The notes: a model not told the origin generated them from the letters alone. 64,000 nt of DNA from an uncultured delta proteobacterium (GCA_963737265.1 CAVTRY010000020.1:33559-97558), one strand, 5' to 3'. Positions 31,264-41,443 are shown, counted from the first letter of the stretch. Translations and numbers: made by a program.

Positions 31264-32565
31264 ATGACGGAGCCCGTTCTGTCCTTCGCGCCGTTGGCGA
31301 AATGGTGGCCGATTGCTCTGGCCCTCCTCCTGTGCGTGGGAGCGGCGTGGAAGGTGCAAGGTGCGCAGTGGGATTTCGAGGTCTACTATTACGCGGCCAA
31401 GGCCAGCCGGGCGGGTCTCGATCCGTACGCCACGCGATCGCTAACCCAGGTCGCTGGCAAGCGCATGCCTCTTCCCTTTGTCTATCCGCCTGCATTTCTT
31501 GCGCTCTTCGCCCCGATTGCCCAGCTTGCCCTGGGAACGGCGAAGACAGTCTACTTGGTTGCAAAGCTCGCAGCAGTCGCGGGACTCTTGCTGCTTTGGG
31601 GTTGCTTCTGTCGCAACACGCGCGAGACCATCATTCTGTTGGCGATTGTTGTCTTGGGTTTCTCCGGCACGATCTTCGCCGATATCTACGCGGGCAATAT
31701 TACTTGTTTCGAACAATTGCTGGTTTGGCTAGCGGTGGTGGCTCTCGTCACCGGTCATCGTTTGATATTCGCCGTCTTGATTCCGCTGGCGGCAGCGGTC
31801 AAGGGTCTGCCCGTGGCGCTGGTCCTGTTGCTGCTCTTTGAAGGTCGCAAAGCCATCCTTCCCATGCTGGCGTCCGTGGGTTCGTTTGTCGTGATTGAGG
31901 GCTCCTCGCGCATCCTGTGGCCCGCACGAACTGCGCGGTTTCTTGCTCTCGCCAGTGGGCTCGACGAGCGCGGCCACTCGGCGCCTTCCATTCTGGCGCT
32001 GCTGCGCGACAGTCTCGGTCCGGGCGGCAAGGCCTGGGTTCCACTCGCCCTTTATTTGGCCGCGGTCGCCTTCATTCTCGGCGCCTTCACCTTTCGCGCC
32101 ATTCGCCTGAGTCAGGCGCGTGCATGGCGGCGGGCACCGTGGATTCTTCTTTCCGGCGTGTTCTTAAGCTACATCCTCGTCGGCCCAAGACTCAAGAGCT
32201 ACGGTTTCGTGCTGGTGGTTCCAGTGGCCGCCTGGCTGCTCGCACGGAGCAAGCGGGGAACCCTGCTGATGGGCACGCTTGCCATTTGTCTGTCGGCGTA
32301 CGCCCCTCTTCCCAAGGCGCTGCTGCCTCAGTCGCAGTTTTGGCCTCTGCTCTGGGAGTACTACGCCCTTCTGTCGGTGTTCGCGCTCTGGCTGCTGTGG
32401 TGGCTTGAGGCCAGGAGCTTCCCGAGTCTTGCGCCGGGCAGCGTGGACTTCGTTGCGGGTCGTGCCAAGCTGGAAAAGTGCGAACCCCATGAACATCAAG
32501 GATCCGATCTCACTCACCGCCCGCCTGACAGCGGCGGCACGGGCGCGGGAGACTCTTCGCCCTGA
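31264..32565 (+). CDS. Glycosyltransferase family 87 membrane protein
   Basis: DFEVYY, GLDPY and PFVYPP motifs with multiple TM helices. Confidence 0.85.
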   Translation: MTEPVLSFAPLAKWWPIALALLLCVGAAWKVQGAQWDFEVYYYAAKASRAGLDPYATRSLTQVAGKRMPLPFVYPPAFLALFAPIAQLALGTAKTVYLVAKLAAVAGLLLLWGCFCRNTRETIILLAIVVLGFSGTIFADIYAGNITCFEQLLVWLAVVALVTGHRLIFAVLIPLAAAVKGLPVALVLLLLFEGRKAILPMLASVGSFVVIEGSSRILWPARTARFLALASGLDERGHSAPSILALLRDSLGPGGKAWVPLALYLAAVAFILGAFTFRAIRLSQARAWRRAPWILLSGVFLSYILVGPRLKSYGFVLVVPVAAWLLARSKRGTLLMGTLAICLSAYAPLPKALLPQSQFWPLLWEYYALLSVFALWLLWWLEARSFPSLAPGSVDFVAGRAKLEKCEPHEHQGSDLTHRPPDSGGTGAGDSSP

Positions 32566-33340
32566 CCGCCTTTTCGACGATCCGCTGGCGGCGACTCTGG
32601 CGGGACCCGAGGGATTCGCGCTCATGGACCGACTCGAAATTGCGGCTCGTCCCCCTGGCGCGACCGGTTCATCGGAGAATCCCTACATCGCAATGCGCAC
32701 GCGTTTTTTTGACGATTTTCTGGCCGCGGCGGTTGCGGAATCGCAGGCGCGCCAGATCGTCCTCGTGGCGGCCGGGCTCAACAGCCGCGCCTTTCGTCTC
32801 GACTGGCCGGACGGCACGCGCTTCTTCGAGCTCGACCGTGCCGAGGTCCTGCGCGCCAAGCAGGAAGTGCTGGATGGTCTCCCGACAGCTCCGCGCTGCG
32901 ATCGCCGTGTGGTCGAGGTCGACCTCTTGGCAGAGTGGGGCGGCGCGCTCGTGGCAGCCGGTTTCGACGTCGCTGCCCCCTCGGTGTGGTCGATCGAGGG
33001 ATTGCTCCCCTACCTCGAAGAGGCAGCAGCGGCGGCCGTCGTCGAGCAATCCGCCCGCATCGCTGCTCCGGGAGCTCGCCTCGGCGCCGACATGGTCGGA
33101 CGTTCAATGCTGGAATCGCCGTGGACCCAGTCCTACCTTGAGGCCCTCGCGCACGAGAAGTCGCCGTGGCTCTTCGGTAGCGACGAGCCAGAGGCGTTCT
33201 TTGGCGCGCGCGGTTGGACTGCCACCGCGCTTCGCCCGGGAGATCCGGCGGTGAGCTATGGACGCTGGCCCTACCCGATGCTGCCTCGGGGCTTGCGAGG
33301 CAACCCGCAGTCTTTTCTTGTCACCGCCACCCGCGCGTAG
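32489..33340 (+). CDS. SAM-dependent methyltransferase (LCM family)
   Basis: TAAARARE...DDPLA, RTRFFDD, VAAGLNSRAFRL and EGLLPYL. Confidence 0.9.
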   Translation: MNIKDPISLTARLTAAARARETLRPDRLFDDPLAATLAGPEGFALMDRLEIAARPPGATGSSENPYIAMRTRFFDDFLAAAVAESQARQIVLVAAGLNSRAFRLDWPDGTRFFELDRAEVLRAKQEVLDGLPTAPRCDRRVVEVDLLAEWGGALVAAGFDVAAPSVWSIEGLLPYLEEAAAAAVVEQSARIAAPGARLGADMVGRSMLESPWTQSYLEALAHEKSPWLFGSDEPEAFFGARGWTATALRPGDPAVSYGRWPYPMLPRGLRGNPQSFLVTATRA

Positions 33341-33567
33341 CACGACGGCGGCGTGGACTAGCTAAGCTGAGCTGAGCATCTGCTATAGTTCCTGCCGATG
33401 TCGAGCGGCATGGAAAGCGGGGGTGCCTAACCGAAACGGGGGACATGGTAGAGGCCCAAGAATCTCGGCGGCGGACCGCCAAGATTCTCGGACTTGAAAG
33501 AAACTGGACAGGGCACGGAATTGGGCGTTTGTAGCGAGGCAAGCCACCCAGAGTTGGGCGGCGTCAA

Positions 33568-34968
33568 ATGTCGCATTACCGTCGTCGTTCCAAGCTCTGC
33601 CGGGGTCACGTGGCGCCCCCGGCCGCACCGCCTCCGGCGGTGGCTACCGACGTGCCGTTGTTGATGAAGCTGGAACGGGAGGTCGAGGACGAATTTCGGC
33701 CGATGATGTGCGCACGGCTGCAGGAGAAGGTGGCTGCGGTGGACGAGGATTTGGGCGGCGCAGCTCCGCGTTGTACCAGTTGCGACCGGGCAATGAAGTC
33801 GCGGGGACGAAGGAAGTCGTCTTTTCTGACCCGTTTCGGCAGGCTGTGCTTGCGGCCGGCGACGTATCGCTGTGGCCCCTGCAAGCGGCAGGAGCGTCCA
33901 CTGCTGAGCAAGCTTGGGGTCGAGGCTGGCCGGGTGAGCGGGAGCTTGGCGCGCCTGTTGGCGCTCCTGGGCGTGGTGGTTCCCTACGAGCTTGCGGCAC
34001 GACTAGCGCATCTGTTCTTCGGGACCGAGGTTTGTGCCATGACCGTCTGGCGTTCGGTGCAGCGGCTGGGTGAGGCGTGCGAGAAATACACCGAAGAGCA
34101 GGCGCGTTTTCATGGTGACGCTCATCAGGAGATAGCCGAAGGGGACGGGCCGGCGGCAGGGCCGGCGGCCGTGGTGCTTGGGGTGGATGGGTGCGCGCTT
34201 GGGATGCAGGTGCGTGCGCATCGTCGTCGTCGGCAGGGAGACGAAGTCTTGCCGCCGCTGCCCCCGGTGGAGGATGGGCATTATCGCGAGGTCAAGACCG
34301 GTGTCTTGCTCTTGCCCCACGAGCGCCTGGAACCATCGCCGGGACGACACTCGGTCGTCCGTCGGGTGCTGGTCACCTGCCTGGGTGAAGCAGATCGCAT
34401 CTTCGACCGGTTGTGGGCCAAGCTCTGCGAGATGTCCTGGTTGGGGAGCAAGACCGTGGTGGTCATCGTGGGCGACGGCGCTGAGTGGATCTGGCGGCGG
34501 GCCTCGCTGTTTCCACAACGCTGCGAGATTCTGGATTTCTGGCACGCGGTGGAACACGCGTGGGCATTTGCGAGGTTGCGCTTTGGGGAGGAGTCGAAGC
34601 AGGCAACCCAGTGGGTAGACCGAATCGCGAAGGACTTGAAGGCGGGGAAGGTCAAAGCCGTGATCGGACGGCTGCGCAAGCTGGCGGTGCAAACCGATGA
34701 GCAGCGCAAAGACCTCGATGCTCTGATGCGCTACTACGAGGAGAATCAATGCCGCATGAAGTACGACGAATACCTGCGGCTGGGCTACGGCATTGGTAGC
34801 GGGGCGGTGGAGAGCGCGCACAAGCTGGTGGTGCATGCACGAATGCGACAGGCGGGCATGCGTTGGTCGGAGGCAGGAGCCCGTCGACTACTGGCCCTGC
34901 GGGTGTTGCTGCTCAACGACCAATGGTCCTTTCTCGACCGATTGACTATGACCCGGCTGGCCGCATAG
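33568..34968 (+). CDS. ISKra4/UPF0236-family DDE transposase
   Basis: VLGVDG, REVKTG, GDGAEWIW, LDFWHAVEH and IGSGAVESAHK. Confidence 0.9.
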   Translation: MSHYRRRSKLCRGHVAPPAAPPPAVATDVPLLMKLEREVEDEFRPMMCARLQEKVAAVDEDLGGAAPRCTSCDRAMKSRGRRKSSFLTRFGRLCLRPATYRCGPCKRQERPLLSKLGVEAGRVSGSLARLLALLGVVVPYELAARLAHLFFGTEVCAMTVWRSVQRLGEACEKYTEEQARFHGDAHQEIAEGDGPAAGPAAVVLGVDGCALGMQVRAHRRRRQGDEVLPPLPPVEDGHYREVKTGVLLLPHERLEPSPGRHSVVRRVLVTCLGEADRIFDRLWAKLCEMSWLGSKTVVVIVGDGAEWIWRRASLFPQRCEILDFWHAVEHAWAFARLRFGEESKQATQWVDRIAKDLKAGKVKAVIGRLRKLAVQTDEQRKDLDALMRYYEENQCRMKYDEYLRLGYGIGSGAVESAHKLVVHARMRQAGMRWSEAGARRLLALRVLLLNDQWSFLDRLTMTRLAA

Positions 34969-34977
34969 GAAGAGCCG

Positions 34978-35403
34978 ATGGCAACACGTTCCAGTCATTC
35001 CGGTGGCAAACTCTCTGCGCTGGAGAGGGCATTGCCCGAAGGTTTCCGCCAGCGGCTCGAAGCGGCCCGCCTCGATCTGCGCGCGTTGTTTCGCGCGGCT
35101 GACCAGCTATTGGTTGGCCAGCAGCTACCCGACGAGTTGCACCGACTTTTCGAGCTGGACGCGGATTTCGCGGAGGCCCTGCACATCATGGACATTGCTC
35201 CCCGCAGGATCGACGTCAGGGCGATGCTGCGCGATACGGAAGCTTCATTCGCGGAGGTGAACGAGGCGCGCGCGGAATTCCTCGACACGCTGGCCGCACC
35301 TATTCGCAAACGTCTCGAAACACGAGCAGCGGTAGTTCGCGCAACGCTGGACCCCGACGACGCCTACCTCGACATTCCCGGGCGCGATCCTGCCGCCGGT
35401 TAG
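34978..35403 (+). CDS. Hypothetical helical passenger protein inside the IS
   Basis: RBS-preceded ORF 9 bp after the transposase and inside the TIRs. Confidence 0.7.
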   Translation: MATRSSHSGGKLSALERALPEGFRQRLEAARLDLRALFRAADQLLVGQQLPDELHRLFELDADFAEALHIMDIAPRRIDVRAMLRDTEASFAEVNEARAEFLDTLAAPIRKRLETRAAVVRATLDPDDAYLDIPGRDPAAG

Positions 35404-35540
35404 GGCAGCCACCACTTTCTCCGCGCTCCTCGACGGCCCAGCCACAAGCTGCGCGTTTTCCGCCACCGTCACTTTTCTTGGCGGTCCGCCGCCGAGAAAA
35501 GTGACGCTCTCCTGGAGACCCCCGGTTTAGGTAGGCACCC

Positions 35541-35709
35541 GGAAAGCGGCAACGGGCAACCGCGCCGATTCGCGGTGGACGAGAGCCTGATCGACGAGAT
35601 GCTGGCTCTCAGCCCCGAGGAACGGCTGCGGCACAACGACCGAATGCTCCGCACTATCGAGCTGCTGCGACGGGGATTGGCCGAGAAGACCGAGGAGAAT
35701 GGCCGCTGA
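35541..35709 (+). pseudogene. Small antitoxin-like gene whose start (ATG 33410) is separated by the IS
   Basis: Removing the IS restores MESGNGQPRRFAVDESLIDEMLALSPEERLRHNDRML... Confidence 0.65.
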
Positions 35710-35855
35710 TCTGACCACGCTGCTCGAACGTCTCCTGGAAGCCGAGGTGAAGGTCGTGCTTGTGGGGGGGCTGGCAGCGGTGGTGCAGGGCGCGCCGCTT
35801 ACGACGTTCGACGTGGACGTCGTTCATCGAAGAACGGAAGAAAACGTGGATCGGG
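35699..35855 (+). pseudogene. Nucleotidyltransferase N-terminal fragment (toxin-antitoxin-like)
   Basis: VVLVGGLAAVVQG...TFDVDV (GG..DxD), truncated. Confidence 0.7.
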
Positions 35856-35863
35856 TCAGACCA

Positions 35864-37879
35864 CTAGTTTAGGAGTCCGTAGACGCGAATCGCATTGGAG
35901 AACGTGGCCAGGTACACGTGACCATCGACGACGATCGGAGGATTGAATTTGGCATAGTTGCCGAGCGCATCGCGCGCGGCGTTTTGCTGGCTGCTCCACA
36001 ACAACTTCGTGATGTCGGAAGCATCGAACGCATAGAGCGTGCCTACCGCTGTCGAGTGCCAGGCGTCGGTCTGAGGAGTGGATGCCCAGAGCACCCCGCT
36101 GCCCGGCTTCCCATTTGAGGACAGCGTCAGAACGCCTCCGGGATGGGCCGGGCCGGCGACCTTCTGCTGCGTCGGGGCCGTCTGTAGCAAGAACGTCGTC
36201 GGATCCACCTGATAACCGAGGAGTGGCGAATTTACTGGCCAGAGGTACACCCACTCTGGTCCTCCAGGAACCTGATAGTCGACCGGACCGCCGTACAGCC
36301 CGCCGTTGGGTGGGTTCAAGGACTGCAGGTTCTTGTTGCCCGACGCGCTAAACCCACCCAAATTGGCGCGATCGAGCAGGTAGATCTGGCCGCCCTTGGC
36401 GCCCGTAATAACACGATTGTGTGGCAGAAGAATGGCGCCACAGCTCAGATCGTTGTCCGCGCTGCTCATTGCAACGTCGTCCGTCGGGCTCCAGTAGTCT
36501 TTGATTGATAGGTCCGTGAGGCTCAGACGGGCGACGGACTCCGAGATGTCCGGCGGCGTGGCCGCTAGATTGGTGGAGCCGTTGCCCGCCGCGAAGTAGA
36601 TGCCGTTCGCGTCGGCTAGCAAGCCCACGGCCGATTGCCATATTCCCCCGTCGTATCCATTGGGAGAAACGTTGAACACGTGCGCCTGGGTGAAGGCGCC
36701 GTTGGCGTAAGAATAGCCGAGAATCCAGCCGTGATACGGGCCATGGTCGCAATGACTCGCGAAGGCAATGTAGACGATGCCGTTCAGGAGAAGCAGGCCC
36801 GACCGGTTGAGCGCCGTCAGGGGATTGAACGAGACCTTTCCGCCCGCGCTGCCGTCGCCAGTTCCGTTGACCGTGGCGGTGAGGGGGATCGGTGAACCCG
36901 CTCCCTCTTCGCCGGTCTTGATGTCGATCGCATGCAGGCGCATGACCCAGTTGCCGCCTTCCACCCCCTTGGTGACCAAGAAGATGATGCCGGCAGCGGT
37001 ATCAATCACCGGTGTCCCCGTGATGCCCGTTTCCGGAATCATGTCGCCGCAGCCAAAAACGTTGGTCGATCCCGACGGACCGAGGTTCCTCGACCATATA
37101 GGGGTTTTGCTGCCGCCGTCGGCGTCGAAGGCGTAAACGGTATTGTGTTCTGTCGCCACGAACAGCGTATTCTTCGTGGTGCCATCGTTGAACTTGAGAT
37201 TGCTCACGTAAAGAGGTTGCGCATAGACTTGAGCATCGACGGTGAACGAGTACAGCAATCCGAACTGGGCTTGGTTGACATTCGAGGCATTGAGGATCGT
37301 TTCCTGCGTGTTGCTTCCCGTTCGTTCGTTGTCATAGCGATTGGTGGTCACCAGCCCGAAACTCGTGGTAGGTCCAGCCGCGTCATTCGCGATCGGAACA
37401 TCGCTGGCGAATTGCCCGCCTGCGTCCGGCGAGATAAGGTCGCCGCCTCCGCTTCTGACATCGGCGCCAGCCCCTCCATGCGCCTGCGCACCGCCGCCGC
37501 CACCTCCGACAGCTGCGTCGCTGCCCAATGCACCGCCGCCTGCCGATATACCGCCAGCTCCACCGCCGGTACCCAAAGTGCTGCCGCCATGTCCGGTGGC
37601 GCCAGCCATCCCGCTGCCGCCAGCCACCGGGCTCCCGCCTGTAACCGTCCCGCCCGCGCCGCCGCCCGTCGAGACCGCTGAAGAGTTGCCGCCACTTCCA
37701 TTCGAGGAAGTGGCGCTCGTGCTGCAGGCAGCAAAGACAAGTGCCAACACGCCGATGCCCAAAACCATTCGCGCCGTACGCACTCGCGCCGCCGTCTCGC
37801 CTAGCAGGTTTCCGGGCAAGTGGTCTGGTTTTACTCCGGCGAAATTCACGTTGCCTGCGCGTATTATCAGAGAACCCAT
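35864..37879 (-). CDS. Lipoprotein with PQQ-like beta-propeller domain (start may be downstream)
   Basis: Lipobox FAAC, TNRYDNERTG, VYAQPLY, GITGTPVID, GGIWQS and KFNPPIVVDGHVY. Confidence 0.82.
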   Translation of the reverse strand: MGSLIIRAGNVNFAGVKPDHLPGNLLGETAARVRTARMVLGIGVLALVFAACSTSATSSNGSGGNSSAVSTGGGAGGTVTGGSPVAGGSGMAGATGHGGSTLGTGGGAGGISAGGGALGSDAAVGGGGGGAQAHGGAGADVRSGGGDLISPDAGGQFASDVPIANDAAGPTTSFGLVTTNRYDNERTGSNTQETILNASNVNQAQFGLLYSFTVDAQVYAQPLYVSNLKFNDGTTKNTLFVATEHNTVYAFDADGGSKTPIWSRNLGPSGSTNVFGCGDMIPETGITGTPVIDTAAGIIFLVTKGVEGGNWVMRLHAIDIKTGEEGAGSPIPLTATVNGTGDGSAGGKVSFNPLTALNRSGLLLLNGIVYIAFASHCDHGPYHGWILGYSYANGAFTQAHVFNVSPNGYDGGIWQSAVGLLADANGIYFAAGNGSTNLAATPPDISESVARLSLTDLSIKDYWSPTDDVAMSSADNDLSCGAILLPHNRVITGAKGGQIYLLDRANLGGFSASGNKNLQSLNPPNGGLYGGPVDYQVPGGPEWVYLWPVNSPLLGYQVDPTTFLLQTAPTQQKVAGPAHPGGVLTLSSNGKPGSGVLWASTPQTDAWHSTAVGTLYAFDASDITKLLWSSQQNAARDALGNYAKFNPPIVVDGHVYLATFSNAIRVYGLLN

Positions 37880-38345
37880 GACTCACCCTTTCCGGGGACA
37901 CTTGTTACAAGCCCCGACCTCGAGCCCGTCCGAGCGGAGATAGCCAGTTGCCGGCCGTTGCTAGCTCAGATGTCGGCCACGCCAAAAGGTTGCAGTGATC
38001 CAATGCCAACAAGCTCCTTTGGAGCTACATTCGAGCCCAGATATCGACGGGCACGCCGGGACCGCTGTCGCGGATCCCCCGCGCAACGCACGCGCGATGC
38101 CCGGCGCCTGGTACGCGCCTGTGACCACCTTCTTGAGGTAACCGAGATCGCGCGCGATGCCCGCGATCTCGCCCCGACCGTGGGTCAGTCTCGATCTTCT
38201 CCTGCGGCGTCTACGTGGCCGCGTTGCGCGAAGCAACCTGCGGCTCGCTACGGCATCATAGGCACGGGGAATCCAAATACCCAACCTGACATTATTGTGC
38301 CTCCCACGGCGAATGTGTCACCTTCCACCCAAGGAGAAATCTTCG

Positions 38346-39032
38346 ATGACAGAAGTAAGCTTGCCCGTCAGATCCACGGTTTTCGGCCTGTTCGCCATGG
38401 CGCTGGTTTGTAGCTGCACCAATAGCAACAACACCGGAGCGCTGGATGCCGCCGGTACGGGCGGCGCAGCGGGCGCCGGAGGGACCTCGGCTGCTGGCGG
38501 CGCCAGCGGGCGTGGCGGCGCCACCGCCACTGGCGGCAGTGGCGCCACCGGCGGAGTCACCGCCAGCGGCGGGATCACCGCCAGCGGCGGGATCACCGCC
38601 AGCGGCGGGATCACCGCCAGCGGCGGGATCACCGCCACCGGCGGAGTCACCGCGGCGGGCGGAAATGCGGACGCCGGATCGCCCGATCGGGGATCGTTCG
38701 ATGCGGCCGTGGAAAGAATCGACGCCAACGTGATGGACGCTCCCACCGGCGCGGTAGAGGCAGCTCGCGACACCATCGCGAGCGAAGCTGCGGCCATCGT
38801 GAGTTTCCAGAAGGAGATTATGCCCATGCTGCAGGCCAACTGCGTGGGCTGCCACGGACCGGTACTGGAAAGCCGTGGCGTGCTCCTGGACACCTACGCG
38901 AACGTCACCGCCAATCTCCAGGACGTCAATGATGAGCTGGCGGGTGGCTACATGCCTCCAACCGGCCCCTTGCCGGACGCGGACCTTGTTCTCTTCCGGA
39001 CCTGGGTGGCTCAGGGCGCGCTCAACAATTAG
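38346..39032 (+). CDS. Lipoprotein with C-terminal monoheme cytochrome c domain
   Basis: Lipobox-like VCSC, Gly-rich linker, CVGCH heme motif and YMPP axial Met. Confidence 0.8.
   Translation: MTEVSLPVRSTVFGLFAMALVCSCTNSNNTGALDAAGTGGAAGAGGTSAAGGASGRGGATATGGSGATGGVTASGGITASGGITASGGITASGGITATGGVTAAGGNADAGSPDRGSFDAAVERIDANVMDAPTGAVEAARDTIASEAAAIVSFQKEIMPMLQANCVGCHGPVLESRGVLLDTYANVTANLQDVNDELAGGYMPPTGPLPDADLVLFRTWVAQGALNN
38550..38655 (+). repeat. 18-bp tandem repeat (~6 units, encoding GG(I/V)TA(S/T))
   Basis: GGCGGGATCACCGCCAGC units read directly from the sequence. Confidence 0.9.
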
Positions 39033-39087
39033 GAGCCTGTCGCGGTAACCGCTCCATGTCGCGTGGCGGGCGGAGCCGTGCCGTCTG

Positions 39088-39150
39088 CTTCGTTGCTCGT
39101 CGGTTGAATACGTCGAGTAACTCGACGTGTTCAACCGACGAGCAACGAAG
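39088..39150. repeat. 30-bp near-perfect intergenic hairpin (REP/MITE-like)
   Basis: CTTCGTTGCTCGTCGGTTGAATACGTCGAG-TAA-CTCGACGTGTTCAACCGACGAGCAACGAAG with one G-T pair. Confidence 0.85.
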
Positions 39151-39362
39151 GGACGCGACGCAAATCCTTGATTTCACGACGGGAGTCAACCCGTTCGGTG
39201 CTCTAGTAGCTGGCGCCCCTCACCCGCCGACGCGGAGGTAGATGGAGTCGACCGGAGCCATTAGCGGTCCGATGGTCAGCGGCGTCCATTTTCTGCCAGC
39301 TATGCCGTCACAGCCTGGCTTGCGCTCCGTCCAATGGATTAGAAAGGACGGACGTTGCAACC

Positions 39363-40244
39363 ATGAGCCATGACACCGAAACAGACGAAGACCTCGCCGC
39401 CCTGGCCACGGCCGGCGATCGGCGCGCGCTGGAGTTGCTGCTGCGCCGGCAGCAGGCCTGGATTTTCAATCTTGCGTTCTACATGCTGCACCACCGGCAG
39501 GATGCGGAAGACGCCACTCAGGAGATCCTTGTGCGGGTGGCGACTGGCCTGGCGTCGTTTCGGCGCGCGAGCGTGTTCCGCACCTGGGCGCATCGAATTG
39601 CGGTCAACCATGTGCTCGACCGCAAGCGAAGTCGTCCCGAAGATGTGGTGTCGGGATTCGACTGCTACGCCGACTATCTCGACCGCGCGCCCGACGAGGA
39701 CTTCGCGGGCAGCGCAAAGAGCTCGCCCGAGACGGCGCTGCTCATCGAAGAGGCCAGGATTTCGTGCACCATGGGCATGCTGCTCTGTCTCGATCGCCAG
39801 CAACGGATGGTGTTCCTGCTGGGCGAGATGCTGGAAACCAACGACGCGATTGGGGCTGAGTTGATGGGAACGAGTCGCGAGAATTTTCGCCAACTGTTGG
39901 CGCGGACGCGGGCAAAGCTTTCCGGGTTCATGCGCGGCCGCTGCGGATTGGTCGATGCACAAGCCCCTTGCCGCTGTGCCCGCAAGACCCAGGCCTTCGT
40001 TCGCGACGGCATCCTCAATCCGAGTCGCCTTCAGTTCGCGCTCGGGTACGCGGAACGTATCGATCGAGAAGGCAAGTCGCGCGCGCGGGCGCTGGCAGCC
40101 TTCCAGCGCGCGACTCTGGAAGATCTGCGCGAGCTCTATCCCTGGTTCGAGCCGCCGGATGTGGTGGCCAAGCTGCGCAAGGCTATCGAAAGCGATGGGG
40201 CGATCGCGCTCTTCGACCTGAATGGAACCGGCGGTGCCTCGTGA
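39363..40244 (+). CDS. ECF sigma factor with Cys-containing C-terminal extension
   Basis: DAEDATQEIL...FRTWAHRIAVN and C-terminal RCGLV...PCRC. Confidence 0.88.
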   Translation: MSHDTETDEDLAALATAGDRRALELLLRRQQAWIFNLAFYMLHHRQDAEDATQEILVRVATGLASFRRASVFRTWAHRIAVNHVLDRKRSRPEDVVSGFDCYADYLDRAPDEDFAGSAKSSPETALLIEEARISCTMGMLLCLDRQQRMVFLLGEMLETNDAIGAELMGTSRENFRQLLARTRAKLSGFMRGRCGLVDAQAPCRCARKTQAFVRDGILNPSRLQFALGYAERIDREGKSRARALAAFQRATLEDLRELYPWFEPPDVVAKLRKAIESDGAIALFDLNGTGGAS

Positions 40245-40497
40245 GCGCGCAAGACGATCCGGCGAGGAACGCGCGCATCGCCCAAACACTGCTGGCCCTG
40301 GAACACGCCGCCCTGGCGCGCTGGTGCGCCGGCGATCCGTCAGGCTTTCTCGAACTCAGCGCCGACGATGTCGTCTACTTCGATCCGTTTCTCGACCAGA
40401 GGCTCGACGGCAAAGCCGCGCTGACTCGCTACTACGAGGCATTGCGGGGCAAGATCAGCGCCGAAGGATTCGAGATCCTCAATCCGCACGTTCAATG
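40241..40497 (+). pseudogene. NTF2-like/DUF4440 protein, truncated at the junction
   Basis: LEHAALARWCAGDPSGFL...VVYFDP...NPHVQ followed by an abrupt break. Confidence 0.75.
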
Positions 40498-41358
40498 TGT
40501 TGCGTATCCGAACCGGTACAGGGAACCGAGGAAGAACCTGAGGACGATCTCGCCGACACGGTCGCGGGTGGTTTGCGGAGCCTCCTTGATCCGCTCGAAG
40601 CCAATGCCGTCGACCCACTCGCTGACGAGCACTCGAGTGCGGCACAGGCTAGTCACCACGTTGGGGATCACAATGAATGGGTGTCCGCGCCATCGGCGGG
40701 CGAACGCCCGCTGGGCCTGGGCCTCGTGTTCGTAGTCGAGTTCCTCGCTGATGCGCTCGCGAAGCTCGGAGGCTGTGGTCGCGGGATCGATCCCGGGCGC
40801 GAAGCGCTGTGCGGCCCGCATGATCAGGCCTAGGTTCTGGAGGTCGGCGCGCACCGCGGCGGCAACGCGCGGGTATTGCACTTTCACCGCGACGTCGCGG
40901 CCGTCGTGAAGACGCGCTCGATAGACCTGTCCGATGGACGCCGCGGCGGCGGCATTGGGGTCGAACTCGGCAAATACGTCCTCGACACGCTCGCCGAGGT
41001 CTTGCTCGATCACTCTTCGCATCTCCTTGAACGAAGCTTGAGGCGCGTGATCGCGGAGCTCGCCTAACTTGGCCTGAAGCCGCTCCACTTCGTCGGGTGG
41101 CAACCCGCCCAGATCCAAACTCGAAGCCATCTGGCCGATCTTCATAGCCGGGCCTTTCATCTGTCCGAGCACCTCGACGACGCGGCCTGCTGCCTCCATG
41201 CGTCGGCGCTCGTTAGCGGCGCTCCGACTTTCCTCCGGTCGCACCAGGTTCGCCGCCTTGGTTCCGTACGTCTTGGCGACTTCGCCGGCGATCAGGCGAC
41301 CGACCTTGGCCGTTCGCCGGACACGCCCGGTCGGGATCGATTCCGTGCGCTCGGTCAT
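40498..41358 (-). pseudogene. AarF/ABC1/UbiB kinase, 3' truncated
   Basis: MKGPAMKIGQ, AAASIGQVYRA and VAVKVQYP. Breaks off before the DPHPGN motif. Confidence 0.88.
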
Positions 41359-41395
41359 CGTCGGACTTCTACAGAAGGATTCACGATCCGCATGC

Positions 41396-41412
41396 TACTA
41401 CATCGCCTAGTA
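41396..41412. promoter_or_regulatory. BlaI-like operator TACTAC-N5-CTAGTA
   Basis: Member of the recurring palindrome, upstream of the ABC1 kinase gene. Confidence 0.65.
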
Positions 41413-41443
41413 GTGCGCTGGGCGCTCGGACTCGCCAGCCGCA

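Larger units (their letters stand above)
33421..35540 (+). mobile_element. Complete ISKra4-like insertion sequence with passenger gene
   Basis: TIRs GGGTGCCTAACCGAAACGGGGG (33421-33442) and CCCCCGGTTTAGGTAGGCACCC (35519-35540). 9-bp target duplication GGAAAGCGG at 33412-33420 and 35541-35549. Confidence 0.9.

Noticed and set aside
38550-38655. Possible CRISPR array
   Set aside because: The units are contiguous in-frame 18-mers with no unique spacers, and there are no cas genes in the window.
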